Assembly (NCBI GenBank): GCA_034669905.1
Contig: JAXMOL010000004.1
Location: 32,001-96,000 of the forward strand
Direction of reading: 5' to 3'
Length of the DNA stretch: 64,000 nucleotides
Origin: Candidatus Hydrogenedentota bacterium
Lineage (GTDB): Bacteria; Hydrogenedentota; Hydrogenedentia; Hydrogenedentales; JAEUWI01
Part shown: positions 10,496 through 23,404 of the stretch, one piece after another
Numbering within the stretch: the stretch's first letter is position 1
Layout of the letters: each line of letters starts with the position of its first letter
Translations under genes and position numbers: made by a program
The notes under the pieces: model-generated
The model's input: only the letters and a program-made list of their open reading frames with translations
Database searches by the model: none
Told to the model about the DNA's origin: nothing

Positions 10496-10520
10496 CGCAC
10501 GTAGCAGAAAACGGGGCCTT

Positions 10521-11651
10521 GTGAACCTATTTCGAAATGTACTGTGTGGCTGGAGCATCGTCCTGATGCTCCAGCTTTGCCTTTCTGCGGCGGCCGCTGA
10601 GGGTGAGTTGCGCCTGCGGGTGCGGGGTTCCGCTGCGGGGGTCGGTTTCGCCGCCCACCGGGAAGCCGTGGTTGCGGCCCAGCACGAAGTCATGCGGGAG
10701 ATTCTACGTTCCAAAGTGGCATCGGGCGACCTCCGTCCATTCCGTAGCATGATCCGCAAGGCGGAGCACTATGTGACGCGGGTGGAGGAGCTCCATATCG
10801 ACAACCACGAGGGCGAGACCCGGGTGGAAGTAGATGCCTACGTGGATATGGCCTCTGTGGAGCAGGATCTCGCCACGCTCGTATTGCCCCGGCTGCCCAC
10901 GCCACCCACCGTATCCTGTCTGATCGCCATCGAAACGGGCGGTGCGGTGGAGGTAGAGTCTCCGGGTACGACCGAAGAAGCCCTGGTAAAGGGGCTGGAG
11001 AACCTGGGCCTCGATGCACGGGCCCACACCGCCCACGACGCCCTGTTTTCCACCTCCGATTACCACGATGCCGTACTGGGGGATCTGACGGCAAGTGCCC
11101 GGTACGCCCGGGAAACCCTGGCAGACGTGGTATTGATTGGGGTGGTTTCGCTTGAGCGGAGTGAATCTCAAGACGGTGGCACAGCCGGTAGAACGCGGGC
11201 CAGTCTTAATCTTAAAGTCTTGCGGGGAAACGATGGGGATTTGCTGGACGTCTTTGCCCGCTCTGCCGCGATTACGGGCCTCGATCCTCAAAGTTGCCGG
11301 GAAGAGGTGCTCCGTGACGTGGCCGCAAAGGTGGTGGGGGATGTTACCGTGTCGACCGTGCTCTCCGTCCTCAGCATGCAAAAGCAGGACGAGGTGCTGA
11401 TCACGGTCCAGAATCCGGGAGCCCGCTCTCGCCTCGCGGCGTTTACGGAAGTCTTCCAGCGGGAGCCCCTGATCGATTCCATATCGGAGTCCTTTTTCTC
11501 GGAACGACTGGCCCGGATACGGCTCGGCTACACGGGGAGTCTCGCCTACCTCGTCGACCAGATTGACCAACAAATCTATGAAGGGTGGCGCCTCGAGGTC
11601 AACGAAGTCGTCGGCCGCGAGATGACCCTGTCATTCATCCCCCAGGAGTGA
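10521..11651 (+). CDS. Hypothetical exported protein, weak resemblance to FlgT N-terminal domain proteins
   Basis: Signal peptide ending AAAA; VRGSA..AHREAVVAA N-terminal pattern; ADVVLIG mid-domain. Confidence 0.5.
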   Translation: MNLFRNVLCGWSIVLMLQLCLSAAAAEGELRLRVRGSAAGVGFAAHREAVVAAQHEVMREILRSKVASGDLRPFRSMIRKAEHYVTRVEELHIDNHEGETRVEVDAYVDMASVEQDLATLVLPRLPTPPTVSCLIAIETGGAVEVESPGTTEEALVKGLENLGLDARAHTAHDALFSTSDYHDAVLGDLTASARYARETLADVVLIGVVSLERSESQDGGTAGRTRASLNLKVLRGNDGDLLDVFARSAAITGLDPQSCREEVLRDVAAKVVGDVTVSTVLSVLSMQKQDEVLITVQNPGARSRLAAFTEVFQREPLIDSISESFFSERLARIRLGYTGSLAYLVDQIDQQIYEGWRLEVNEVVGREMTLSFIPQE

Positions 11652-12705
11652 GTGGGCCGATCCCGTAGGGTTCTATTTGGGCTGCCGGGTGTTCAGAAGG
11701 CGACATGGTCCCCAGCGTTTCAAGGTCCGCAGCCGCGGCAGGATCCAGGTAGAGCTCATTCCAATACCGTAGCGCCATCCCCCTTGTAACCAGGGGAAGT
11801 TCCTCTGGACCGGTCCCCAGCAAAAGGTCCAGTCCAGCCGAGACTTCCCGGTACCCGAAGTGACTGCGGATAGGGGTCGTACCCGAGTACCGGGGATTTA
11901 TTTCAAAACAAACCGGGCCCCGGGGGGTATCCCTCAGCTGGATGTTACAGGGGCCAAGGGGCCGTAGTTTTCCCACGATACGCTCTGCCTCGGCACGAAC
12001 GGCAGAGTATTCACCCAGTGATGCCCGATAGGTGGTACCCGCGAGGAGTTCCCGTTTCATGCAGCAACTGGGGGCAAGGGTGCCATCGCCATAGTGAAAA
12101 CAGCCCACCGTGTATTCGTCGTCTTCAGTGCCCAACATTTCCTGGATAAGATAGTTGTCCTTCCCCAGGACATAGTCCAGATCCCGTTGATTGACAACCT
12201 CAACGAGTCCCCGGGAACCACCGCCCCGCCGGGGTTTGGCGATCAGGGGAAAGCCGCACTGGGCGACCAACGTCTCAACGGCCTGCTGGTCGGAAACTTC
12301 GGCATAGGCAGGATGGGCCAGACCGTGTTGCGACAGCCAGTGGCAGGTACGTAGCTTGTCGTCGCCGATTTCCATCACCGCTTCCGAACTGCAGAGGATA
12401 CGTGCCCCCGTCTCGTCTTCGATCCGGTGCTTGTGACGGGCCATCGCCATCAAGACGGGTTCCGCCCCGGAGAGGATGACCGATACGGATTCCGCCTTTA
12501 CACATGCGAGCAGCCAGGGAAGAAAATCGGGGTCATGGGCCCAAGGAGAAACGAACGCCTTGTCGACCGTATAGAGGCCCATCTGGGGCGGCGAAATGTC
12601 GGCGCCCAACACCCGCATGGGCCGTCCGTCGTGTCGCAGTCCCTTCAGAATGCCTTGACTCACGTTGCCGCCCACCGCCAGCACGAGTACGGTCGGATTG
12701 CTCAC
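11635..12705 (-). CDS. ATP-grasp domain protein (carbamoyl-phosphate synthase-like ligase)
   Basis: DDKL, FPLIAKPRRGGGSRG, IQE, EYTV, GPCNIQ, FEINPRYSG; GTG start overlaps upstream stop (GTGA). Confidence 0.8.
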   Translation of the reverse strand: MSNPTVLVLAVGGNVSQGILKGLRHDGRPMRVLGADISPPQMGLYTVDKAFVSPWAHDPDFLPWLLACVKAESVSVILSGAEPVLMAMARHKHRIEDETGARILCSSEAVMEIGDDKLRTCHWLSQHGLAHPAYAEVSDQQAVETLVAQCGFPLIAKPRRGGGSRGLVEVVNQRDLDYVLGKDNYLIQEMLGTEDDEYTVGCFHYGDGTLAPSCCMKRELLAGTTYRASLGEYSAVRAEAERIVGKLRPLGPCNIQLRDTPRGPVCFEINPRYSGTTPIRSHFGYREVSAGLDLLLGTGPEELPLVTRGMALRYWNELYLDPAAAADLETLGTMSPSEHPAAQIEPYGIGPLTPGG

Positions 12706-13670
12706 GGGCCGGTTTCCTCTCGAATCACGAAGTAGGGCTTGGCCTGTACCTCGATATAGATACGCCCTACATATTCGCAGAGCAGACCGGTGGCCACCAA
12801 TTGGCAACCAGAGAGGAAAAAGAAGATGGCCACCACCGAGCCCATCGTATTGATGTCGCCCACGGTCAGACGGATATAGGCCACCCATAGGCTCATGAAG
12901 AACCCGATGGCGGCAAAGCCCCAGCCCAGAAGGCCTATAAACTGCAAGGGCGCTGCGGAGATGCTGGTCACCAGGTCGAAGGCCGTACGCACCAATTTCA
13001 ACAGGCCGTATTTGCTCGTTCCATGGCTCCGTTCATCGTGCCGGACTTCCACTTCGGCCACCCGGCCGCCGAGGGCTGCCGCATCCACGGGAAGGTAGCG
13101 GCAGCGGTGGGTGAGAGTCAGCATGTGCTCCACCATCTCACGGCGAAAGGCCTTGAGCGCACAGCCATAGTCATGGAGGGGCACCTTGGTACTCTTCGCA
13201 ATATAGTGATTCAGGATGCGTGACGCGCCCGTACGGAAGAGACTGTCCTTGCGCTGAGAACGCCAGCCACTGACCATGTCGTAGCCTTCGTCCAATTTGC
13301 CAAAAAGGACGGGGATATCCTCCGGATAATTCTGAAGGTCGGCGTCCAACATCGCCACATAACGACCCCGTGCACGGGAAAATCCGGCATAAAGCGCAGG
13401 ACTCTGGCCAAAGTTACGCGTGAACACAATGACGCGGATAGCTTTTTCCCGCTCAGCCCATTCCTTCAATCGGACACTACTACCGTCACTGCTACCATCA
13501 TCCACGAAGATCACTTCGTAGGAGCCTTCCATCGCCGCGAGGGTGTCTAAGAGTCGTCTCACGAGTTCGTCGAGTGTATCGATTTCGTTAAAGACGGGTA
13601 CGACCACCGAATAGTCCGGTGTTGGAGCCGTTTTCGTGTGGGATGGGGTGGGGTCAGTGGGTGTCGTCAT
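12702..13670 (-). CDS. GT2 polyprenyl-phosphate glycosyltransferase (ArnC/GtrB-like)
   Basis: SVVVPVFNE, FVDDGSSD, RNFGQ, MLDADLQN, two C-terminal TM helices, EYVGRIYIEV. Confidence 0.88.
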   Translation of the reverse strand: MTTPTDPTPSHTKTAPTPDYSVVVPVFNEIDTLDELVRRLLDTLAAMEGSYEVIFVDDGSSDGSSVRLKEWAEREKAIRVIVFTRNFGQSPALYAGFSRARGRYVAMLDADLQNYPEDIPVLFGKLDEGYDMVSGWRSQRKDSLFRTGASRILNHYIAKSTKVPLHDYGCALKAFRREMVEHMLTLTHRCRYLPVDAAALGGRVAEVEVRHDERSHGTSKYGLLKLVRTAFDLVTSISAAPLQFIGLLGWGFAAIGFFMSLWVAYIRLTVGDINTMGSVVAIFFFLSGCQLVATGLLCEYVGRIYIEVQAKPYFVIREETGP

Positions 13671-13789
13671 GTGCCAGAGCATAGTACAGGATTCTCCCAT
13701 TTTGCAACGGACCCACACAGCGGGACAGCAATTCACCTCGGGAAGCATCCGAGGTGCGGGATTTACGGGGTCGTCGCATCGCAATATGC

Positions 13790-13818
13790 TTGACCAATTC
13801 GAGCAGATCGCCTATCCT
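13790..13818 (+). promoter_or_regulatory. Putative sigma70 promoter
   Basis: TTGACC-17 nt-TATCCT upstream of the CDS at 13904. Confidence 0.5.
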
Positions 13819-13903
13819 GTTCAGACTGTGGGGTGTGCGTTACCGGCGTGTGGAGTGAGCCCGGGCGCTACCCATCGTCACCACCAGGAAGGATGGACGC
13901 ACG

Positions 13904-15409
13904 ATGGTAAGATACGGGGTACTTGTGGCGATTGCGCTGCTGGCGGGCAGTACGGTCGCCGAACTGCAGCAGGTGGAAGTCGGCGGCGAAATTCGGATTC
14001 GCGGACGACACTGGAACAGCAATTACAGCCGCAGCTTCATCGGGGTCGGCACGCCGCGCTATGAAAACTACCATTTTGCAGCCCGCCCTTTGGGGCCATT
14101 CGGTTTGCTGAGTCGTTTCGATTTCGACAATCGCGGAGACGATTTTACCTTTGTCGAACACAATACCCGGCTCTTTGTGAAGGCCGATTTTACCGATGAC
14201 GTCACCTCCTTCGTAGAATTTGAAAGCTTCAATATCTGGGGTTCCGATTTTCGAAGCAACTATCTCTCCGGGCAGGATGTATCGGGGGGCAGCGATGTGC
14301 AGCTCTATCAGGCGTACCTCGAAACCCGTCACCTCTTCGGCCTTCCGATTCGGGTGCGGGCCGGACGGCAGGAAATGCAGCTTGGAAAGGGATGGCTGGT
14401 GGGGGACAGTATTACCCCGGCCCTGGGTGTCAGTTTCGACGGTATCCGACTCACCTACGAGAATGCCGGGTGGGTCCTGGATGGCTGGTGGCACAAACTC
14501 GAGGAACGTAACCGGGGGGATGGCGATGTGGATTTTTATGGGATTTACGGTACCTATAGCGGCTTGGAATCGGTCAACCTGAGCGCCTATTGGCTGCTTG
14601 TACGGGATGGAGCGGTCCCCGTGGACACGACCGGCAGTCTCGGCACCGAGTGGCTAGAGGATCTCTTGGGTCTGGATGACTACGACTCCACCTGGTTACA
14701 CACCGTGGGCACCCGTCTGTGGGGTGCTCATGGAGCATTTGACTACGATTGGGAGCTCTCCTATCAGTTTGGGGAAGCCGACGCCGTCGGGGCCCAGTTT
14801 AACCCCCTGGTCTATGGGGATGACGGGGCCACCTTTGATGCCATCGGGACGGATTTAACCCTGGGATATACCCTCGACCTGCCCTGGTCACCCCGTGTCT
14901 ATGTGGGGGCGGCCTATCTGGAAGGTGAAGACAACCGGGACTTTCGATTTGGCGATAGGCTCTTGCATGGCCTGCGGGACACAGAATCCAGCATCTCCTT
15001 CAATCGTTTATTCAGTGACTATGGATATGGTTTGCTGTTGGATATCAATTCGGAGCTCTCCAACTTCCGCCAGGTACGGGCGGGATTTACGGTGAAACCG
15101 ACGGAAAAGCTCTCTGGAGGTCTCCGCGTGGCTTATTGGGAATTCAACGAGACCTTTGCCACGCCCGTCGTTCCGTTTCTACCGTTCTGGAATCGCGCGC
15201 ATGATGATAGCCTGGGATGGACGACCTTCCTGGTGGGCAAGTACCGATACAGCGACGACCTATCCTTTGGCCTGATCTGGGAGCATCTCTTTACAGGAAG
15301 AGGTCTGGAGGAGGGTAATTTTCTTTCCCGCAATGCCCTGGAGTTTACTGGCGGGACGGATGATGAGGATGCGGACTATATTCACTTTGACATTCATGTC
15401 ACCTTTTGA
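13904..15409 (+). CDS. Alginate-export family outer-membrane beta-barrel (paralog 1)
   Basis: Signal peptide, LYQAY, RAGRQEM, SFDGIRLTY motifs; C-terminal Phe. Confidence 0.75.
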   Translation: MVRYGVLVAIALLAGSTVAELQQVEVGGEIRIRGRHWNSNYSRSFIGVGTPRYENYHFAARPLGPFGLLSRFDFDNRGDDFTFVEHNTRLFVKADFTDDVTSFVEFESFNIWGSDFRSNYLSGQDVSGGSDVQLYQAYLETRHLFGLPIRVRAGRQEMQLGKGWLVGDSITPALGVSFDGIRLTYENAGWVLDGWWHKLEERNRGDGDVDFYGIYGTYSGLESVNLSAYWLLVRDGAVPVDTTGSLGTEWLEDLLGLDDYDSTWLHTVGTRLWGAHGAFDYDWELSYQFGEADAVGAQFNPLVYGDDGATFDAIGTDLTLGYTLDLPWSPRVYVGAAYLEGEDNRDFRFGDRLLHGLRDTESSISFNRLFSDYGYGLLLDINSELSNFRQVRAGFTVKPTEKLSGGLRVAYWEFNETFATPVVPFLPFWNRAHDDSLGWTTFLVGKYRYSDDLSFGLIWEHLFTGRGLEEGNFLSRNALEFTGGTDDEDADYIHFDIHVTF

Positions 15410-15659
15410 GATAGTCCGCAGGAGAAGTAATCCCCCCCTTTGAACGTTGATTCTACCGCAGGATTCGACTAGGATATTGATGTGGGAAGAAGGGGCGCGT
15501 GGAACCGCAAATCGGGAGTTTGCATCCGCGCGCATTCACGTTCCTATTGCATCGCAGGACGGCTGTCGTGGGCTTCATGCGATGTGCTTTGAAGCTGTCT
15601 TTGTCGGCGTGTCTCCGACTTCCATACGCTGGTCTCTACCTAATGAAAGCAGGAAGAAT

Positions 15660-17168
15660 ATGACAAAGAGACTCATGTTGTGTCTGGCCCTCCTTGGATT
15701 GACAACGGGTGCCGTTGCCGAACTCCAATCGGTGGAGGTCGGGGGGGAAGTGCGAATACGCGGTCGCTTCTGGAACGACAACTACAGTAACGCGGTCGGG
15801 GGACCGGCGACGCCGCGGTATACGGGGTCGAATTTTGCCGCCCGCCCGCTTGGGCCCTTCGGGCTTCGTAGCCGCTTTGATTTTGATGATCGGGGGAGCG
15901 ATTTGGCCTATGTCGAGCATCGTACACGCCTGAACGTGAAAGCAAACTTCACCGATGACGTCAGCACGCTGGTTGAATTCGAAAGCTTCGACATCTGGGG
16001 CAGCGACTTCCGCAGCAATTATATCTCCGGCTTAGATGGGGCGGGGGGATCGGATGTGCAACTTTATCAGGCCTATATGGAAACCCGAAACACCTTCGGA
16101 TTGCCGCTGCGAATGCGTGCCGGCCGCCAGGAGATGAAGCTTGGAAAAGGATGGCTGGTCGACGACATCACGACTGCCATTATTGGACGTTCCTTCGACG
16201 GTATCCGTCTGACGTATGCGCAAAACGGCATTGAAGTGGATGGTTGGTGGACCAAGCTTTCCGAGACCTTTTCAGGCGATGATGACGTCGATTTCTACGG
16301 CCTCTACGGCACCTATAGCGCCCTGGAAAGTGTCAATGTCTCCCTCTATTGGATGCTGATTCGGGATGGCGTGACCGCCACCGATACGACACTCGGACCG
16401 GGTGGTGAGTGGGTGGAAGACCTCTTTGGTGTGGATGATTACAGTCCCACCACCTTACATACCATCGGCACGCGAATCTGGGGCGACGTGGGTTCCTTTG
16501 ACTACGATTGGGAACTGGCCTATCAATTTGGCGAAGCCGATAACGTGGGGGCTTTGTTTACCCCAATCGTGTACGGTGATAATGATGCCAACTTCGATGC
16601 AATTGCCACCGACCTGAGTCTGGGCTACACCTTCGACACGACGTGGAATCCCCGGGTTTACCTTGGGGGCGCGTTCTTCGAAGGGGAAGACAATCGGGAC
16701 TTTCGTTTTGGTGACCGACTTCTCAGCGGTATTCGAGGCACCGAATCCAGCGTATCCTTCAACCGCCTCTTCCCGGGAAAACCCTACAGTCTGATCCTCG
16801 GAATCAATCAGGAACTGTCTAATTTCTGGCAGCTCCGCACCGGCGTGAACCTGAAGCCTACCGAGAAGATTTCACTGGCCTTTAAGGTTGCCTATTTCCA
16901 GATTGACGAGGCATTTGAAACCCCCGTTATTCCTTTCATCGCCCCTTGGACAAGAGAAAATGATGAGGAACTGGGGTGGACGACCTTCCTGATGACGAAG
17001 TACCAATACAGCCAGGATGTGTCTATCGCGGTCATTTGGGAGCACCTCTTCACCGGCGACGGTCTTGAGGAAGGAAACTTCTTCGCGCGAAATGGCCTCG
17101 AATTTGTGGGGGGGACCGATGACGACGACGCCGACTACGTCCACTTCGATTTGCAGGTAAAGTTCTAG
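15660..17168 (+). CDS. Alginate-export family outer-membrane beta-barrel (paralog 2)
   Basis: Collinear and highly similar to 13904-15409; ATG after AGGA RBS; C-terminal VKF. Confidence 0.75.
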   Translation: MTKRLMLCLALLGLTTGAVAELQSVEVGGEVRIRGRFWNDNYSNAVGGPATPRYTGSNFAARPLGPFGLRSRFDFDDRGSDLAYVEHRTRLNVKANFTDDVSTLVEFESFDIWGSDFRSNYISGLDGAGGSDVQLYQAYMETRNTFGLPLRMRAGRQEMKLGKGWLVDDITTAIIGRSFDGIRLTYAQNGIEVDGWWTKLSETFSGDDDVDFYGLYGTYSALESVNVSLYWMLIRDGVTATDTTLGPGGEWVEDLFGVDDYSPTTLHTIGTRIWGDVGSFDYDWELAYQFGEADNVGALFTPIVYGDNDANFDAIATDLSLGYTFDTTWNPRVYLGGAFFEGEDNRDFRFGDRLLSGIRGTESSVSFNRLFPGKPYSLILGINQELSNFWQLRTGVNLKPTEKISLAFKVAYFQIDEAFETPVIPFIAPWTRENDEELGWTTFLMTKYQYSQDVSIAVIWEHLFTGDGLEEGNFFARNGLEFVGGTDDDDADYVHFDLQVKF

Positions 17169-17226
17169 GGTACCTTCAACTGCCCATCACCCACGACGGG
17201 GTGCGACAATTCGAAGCATGATATCT

Positions 17227-17260
17227 GTGGCCGCAATGGGGCTTCTCCCATTGCGGTCAC
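17227..17260. terminator. Hairpin, probable terminator between convergent genes
   Basis: GTGGCCGCAATGGG / CCCATTGCGGTCAC 14-bp stem (one G-U pair), 6-nt loop. Confidence 0.6.
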
Positions 17261-17303
17261 GTGTTGTTTAGCGGACAACGAATGGGTGAGACGGGTCGCA
17301 CGC

Positions 17304-18239
17304 TTAGTCTGGCTGGGGAATAGACGTGAGGTTCAGCACGCCCGGCAGGAGGGTAAACGTTGCGGGGAGATAGCCCACAAACTCACCGTCGGCTTCGATC
17401 TCTACGGCATCGGGGCTTGTGACCTCAATTGACACTCCGCGAAGATAACGCACCAGATCCCGACGTTCACTCAGGCGGCCGGCATAGAGTTTGGGCAAAC
17501 TGCGCAGTGCGTCCCAAAAGCCCACCGGGCCGATGTGGTAGCAGTCAAAGAGGCCGTTGTCGAGCCGTGCGTGGGGGGCCATACGCATGCCTCCGGCGTC
17601 ATAACACCCCTTGGCGACGGAGAAGTCTTTGGTGAGACTGTGTGTCGCATCACGTCCGTCGATCGTGATATGGAGCACACTATCGCGGTAGGTCGCCAGC
17701 GTCACCAGGATGGCGCGAAGATAGGATAGGAAGCCCCCGAGGGCCTTGCTGTGTTCGTTTACGTAGCGACAGGCGCTGGCACCAATGCCAACGCGGGCCA
17801 TATTGAGAAAATAGACCGGCTGCGGTGCGTCGGAATGGGGAGGGCGGCATGTTATGCAGCCGACATCGGCCTGCAGGACGGTCGCATTGCCTAAGGCCTC
17901 GATGCCCTGTATTCCCGGGAAGATACCCAGCGAGCGGGCAAGATCCGAACCCGTGCCCATGGGTAGAATCGTGAGGCGGGCATCCCGGTTTATGGGGACG
18001 CCCGCCGAAAACCATCCGTTAATGACTTCAAAATGGGTGCCATCGCCACCAGCGGAAATTATATGGGTGAACCCTTCCCGGAGCAATCCGCGCGTCAAGT
18101 CCGTGGCATGACCCGGTGCGTCAGTGGGGCAGTATTTCATTGGGCCCACCACCGTGCGCAAGGCGCCCTGTAGGGACTGCCAACGCCGGAGGCAGCGGCC
18201 CTGCCCAGCGTGCGGGTTGATGATGATGGCCGTCTTCAA
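17304..18239 (-). CDS. Diacylglycerol/lipid kinase family protein (YegS/DagK-like)
   Basis: IINPHAG, AGGDGTHFEVING, LPMGTGSDLAR, EADGE. Confidence 0.85.
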   Translation of the reverse strand: MKTAIIINPHAGQGRCLRRWQSLQGALRTVVGPMKYCPTDAPGHATDLTRGLLREGFTHIISAGGDGTHFEVINGWFSAGVPINRDARLTILPMGTGSDLARSLGIFPGIQGIEALGNATVLQADVGCITCRPPHSDAPQPVYFLNMARVGIGASACRYVNEHSKALGGFLSYLRAILVTLATYRDSVLHITIDGRDATHSLTKDFSVAKGCYDAGGMRMAPHARLDNGLFDCYHIGPVGFWDALRSLPKLYAGRLSERRDLVRYLRGVSIEVTSPDAVEIEADGEFVGYLPATFTLLPGVLNLTSIPQPD

Positions 18240-18251
18240 GCCCCGGGTACC

Positions 18252-19682
18252 CTAGACGCGCACGTCGGAGGCGACGCCCAGTCGGTCCTGGTTGCGGGCC
18301 AGAATGGGATCCACTTCATCTTCGATGAATTCCACCACCTGCATGGGGGCCCGTCCAACGAATTCATCCATGTCGAGGCTATTGTGAATTTCTTCCAGGG
18401 TCATTCCGATGGCCGGATCATTGGCCAGGCGTTCCAGCAGATCATTGTCTTTGCCTTCCTGCTTCACGACGGCACCGGCTGCGTGGCTGTGGGTGCGGAT
18501 GACCTCATGTAAATCCTGGCGGTCGCCGCCCTTTTTCACACCGGCCATGATGATGTTTTCCGTGGCCATAAAGGGCAGCTCGGCCCACAGGTGCTTTTCG
18601 ATAACCTTGGGATAGACCGCGGGGTTTTCCATGACATTCAGGTAAAGATTGAGCACGCCATCGGCGGCAAGAAAGGACTCCGGCAAGCTGAGACGCCGTA
18701 TCGCGGAGTCGTCGAGGGTCCGTTCAAACCACTGGGTCGCTGTGGTAAATTCACTGTGGAGGGGCTGGACCATGAGAAAACGGGAAAGGGCACAGGCCCG
18801 TTCACAGCGCATGGGGTTACGTTTATAGGCCATGGCCGAGCTGCCTACCTGGGTCTTTTCGAAGGGTTCTTCGATTTCTTTGAGATTCTGCAACAGGCGC
18901 ATATCGGTTGCAAACTTGTGCACACTCTCGCCAATGCCGGCCAGGACCCGCAGCACCAGTGTATCCACCTTACGGGGATAGGTCTGACCGGTGACGCCGT
19001 AGGAGCTCTTAAAACCAAGCCGTTCGGCGACCAACTGGTCCAATTTCCGGACCTTGTCAGAATCGCCCTCAAAAAGGGCCATGAAGGAGGCCTGGGTGCC
19101 GGTCGTGCCTTTGACACCACGACAACGGAGGCGTGCCAGAATATCCTCCAGGTCTTCCACATCCATCGCGAGATCCTGTGCCCAGAGGCAGGCCCGCTTT
19201 CCAACCGTCACCACCTGGGCAGGCTGATAGTGGGTGAATCCGAGGGTGGGGAGGTCTTTCCATTTCAGGGCGAATTCTTTCAGGCGCTCCAACACCGCAA
19301 CGGCTTTGGTCAGGATGATCTCGAGGGACTCCCGAATCTGAATCAGATCGGTGTTGTCGCCCACGAAACAGCTCGTGGCACCCAGGTGGATGATTGGTTT
19401 GGCCTTCGGAGCGATATCGCCCAAGGCATGGATATGGGCCATGACATCGTGGCGCGTCTCCCGCTCATAGGCACGGGCCTTTTCGAAATCGATGTCTTCC
19501 AAATGGGCTTTGAGCTCTTCAATCTGTTCATCCGAGATGTCCAGACCCAGTTCCTGTTCCGCTTGTGCCAAGGCCAACCAACAACGACGCCAGGTGGAGA
19601 ATTTCTTTTGTGCGCTCCATACTTCCGCCATTTCGCGGGTTGCAAAGCGTTCCACCAGGGGAGAGGTATATACGTCGTTCAT
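18252..19682 (-). CDS. purB: Adenylosuccinate lyase
   Basis: [35 protein letters not shown] signature. Confidence 0.95.
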   Translation of the reverse strand: MNDVYTSPLVERFATREMAEVWSAQKKFSTWRRCWLALAQAEQELGLDISDEQIEELKAHLEDIDFEKARAYERETRHDVMAHIHALGDIAPKAKPIIHLGATSCFVGDNTDLIQIRESLEIILTKAVAVLERLKEFALKWKDLPTLGFTHYQPAQVVTVGKRACLWAQDLAMDVEDLEDILARLRCRGVKGTTGTQASFMALFEGDSDKVRKLDQLVAERLGFKSSYGVTGQTYPRKVDTLVLRVLAGIGESVHKFATDMRLLQNLKEIEEPFEKTQVGSSAMAYKRNPMRCERACALSRFLMVQPLHSEFTTATQWFERTLDDSAIRRLSLPESFLAADGVLNLYLNVMENPAVYPKVIEKHLWAELPFMATENIIMAGVKKGGDRQDLHEVIRTHSHAAGAVVKQEGKDNDLLERLANDPAIGMTLEEIHNSLDMDEFVGRAPMQVVEFIEDEVDPILARNQDRLGVASDVRV

Positions 19683-19791
19683 GAGATTTCCTTTTGAAAC
19701 TATAAGACAGAAGCGGAGGGGCGAACACGGCTTGCGTTCGGCCTGCTGCTATTGTAATTGGAACGGTAGCAGACTACGAATTGGACGCCAA

Positions 19792-20442
19792 TCAGGCGGA
19801 GGGCGCAGCATCTTCTGCACGAAGATCGAAGCCAGAACCATTGTCCAGGGCGGCGACGGCCGTCACCGGATTGGTCCGTTCTGCGAAAACGCCCCCGCCG
19901 AGAATGAAGGCACACGCTTCTTCGGTGTTGGTGGCCGAGTACGCGCCGCCCTGCTCCAGGGTAATCGAGTTTTCTTCGTAGGTGGCGACGTAGAAGAACG
20001 TGCCCGGCTTCATGGGCAATTGACGCACCTCGATACCATCGTGGCGAACCGTCGCAAGCCAGGCGGAATTATCGCGCTTGTCGGCGACCGCACTGACCCG
20101 GGGCGTGTTGTAGTCATCTTTCTCGTAGTCCAATGCCAGGCTGGTCAGGGCAAGTGCGTCACGGACGGGAAGCCCCTGGGCGATTTTTTCGGCAATGGGG
20201 TCCGTCTGAGAACCATTGGTCACCACGGCGACCTGGCCATCGCAGACCACCTGCACGCAATTGTAGGCGATATAGGGATTCTTGTGGATGTCCCCTTCGT
20301 GGCCCGCTTTGGGCACAATGGAAACCTTGGTCTCGGCCGGGACCGCCGTCCGATTGGGAAATGAACGGCTGGAGACGCGGTATACGGCACCGAGTTTACC
20401 TTCGGGCGTCTGAACCACACTGACAATACGACCAATATACAT
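19792..20442 (-). CDS. purO: Archaeal-type IMP cyclohydrolase
   Basis: MYIGR start, YRVSSRSFPNR, NPYIAYNC, TNGSQTD, DYEKDDYNTPR match PurO signatures; adjacent to purB. Confidence 0.88.
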   Translation of the reverse strand: MYIGRIVSVVQTPEGKLGAVYRVSSRSFPNRTAVPAETKVSIVPKAGHEGDIHKNPYIAYNCVQVVCDGQVAVVTNGSQTDPIAEKIAQGLPVRDALALTSLALDYEKDDYNTPRVSAVADKRDNSAWLATVRHDGIEVRQLPMKPGTFFYVATYEENSITLEQGGAYSATNTEEACAFILGGGVFAERTNPVTAVAALDNGSGFDLRAEDAAPSA

Positions 20443-20563
20443 GCAAAGGGCTCCTGGTTGGGGTGTTTTCGGGGAATTGGATGGGAGGTAGTATACCCAA
20501 TTCCACATTCGACACGCTACCCGAAAGCCAAAAGTCGTGGCCCCGCGCGTGGTGGCACGGGGC

Positions 20564-23400
<2,837 letters not shown>

Positions 23401-23404
<4 letters not shown>

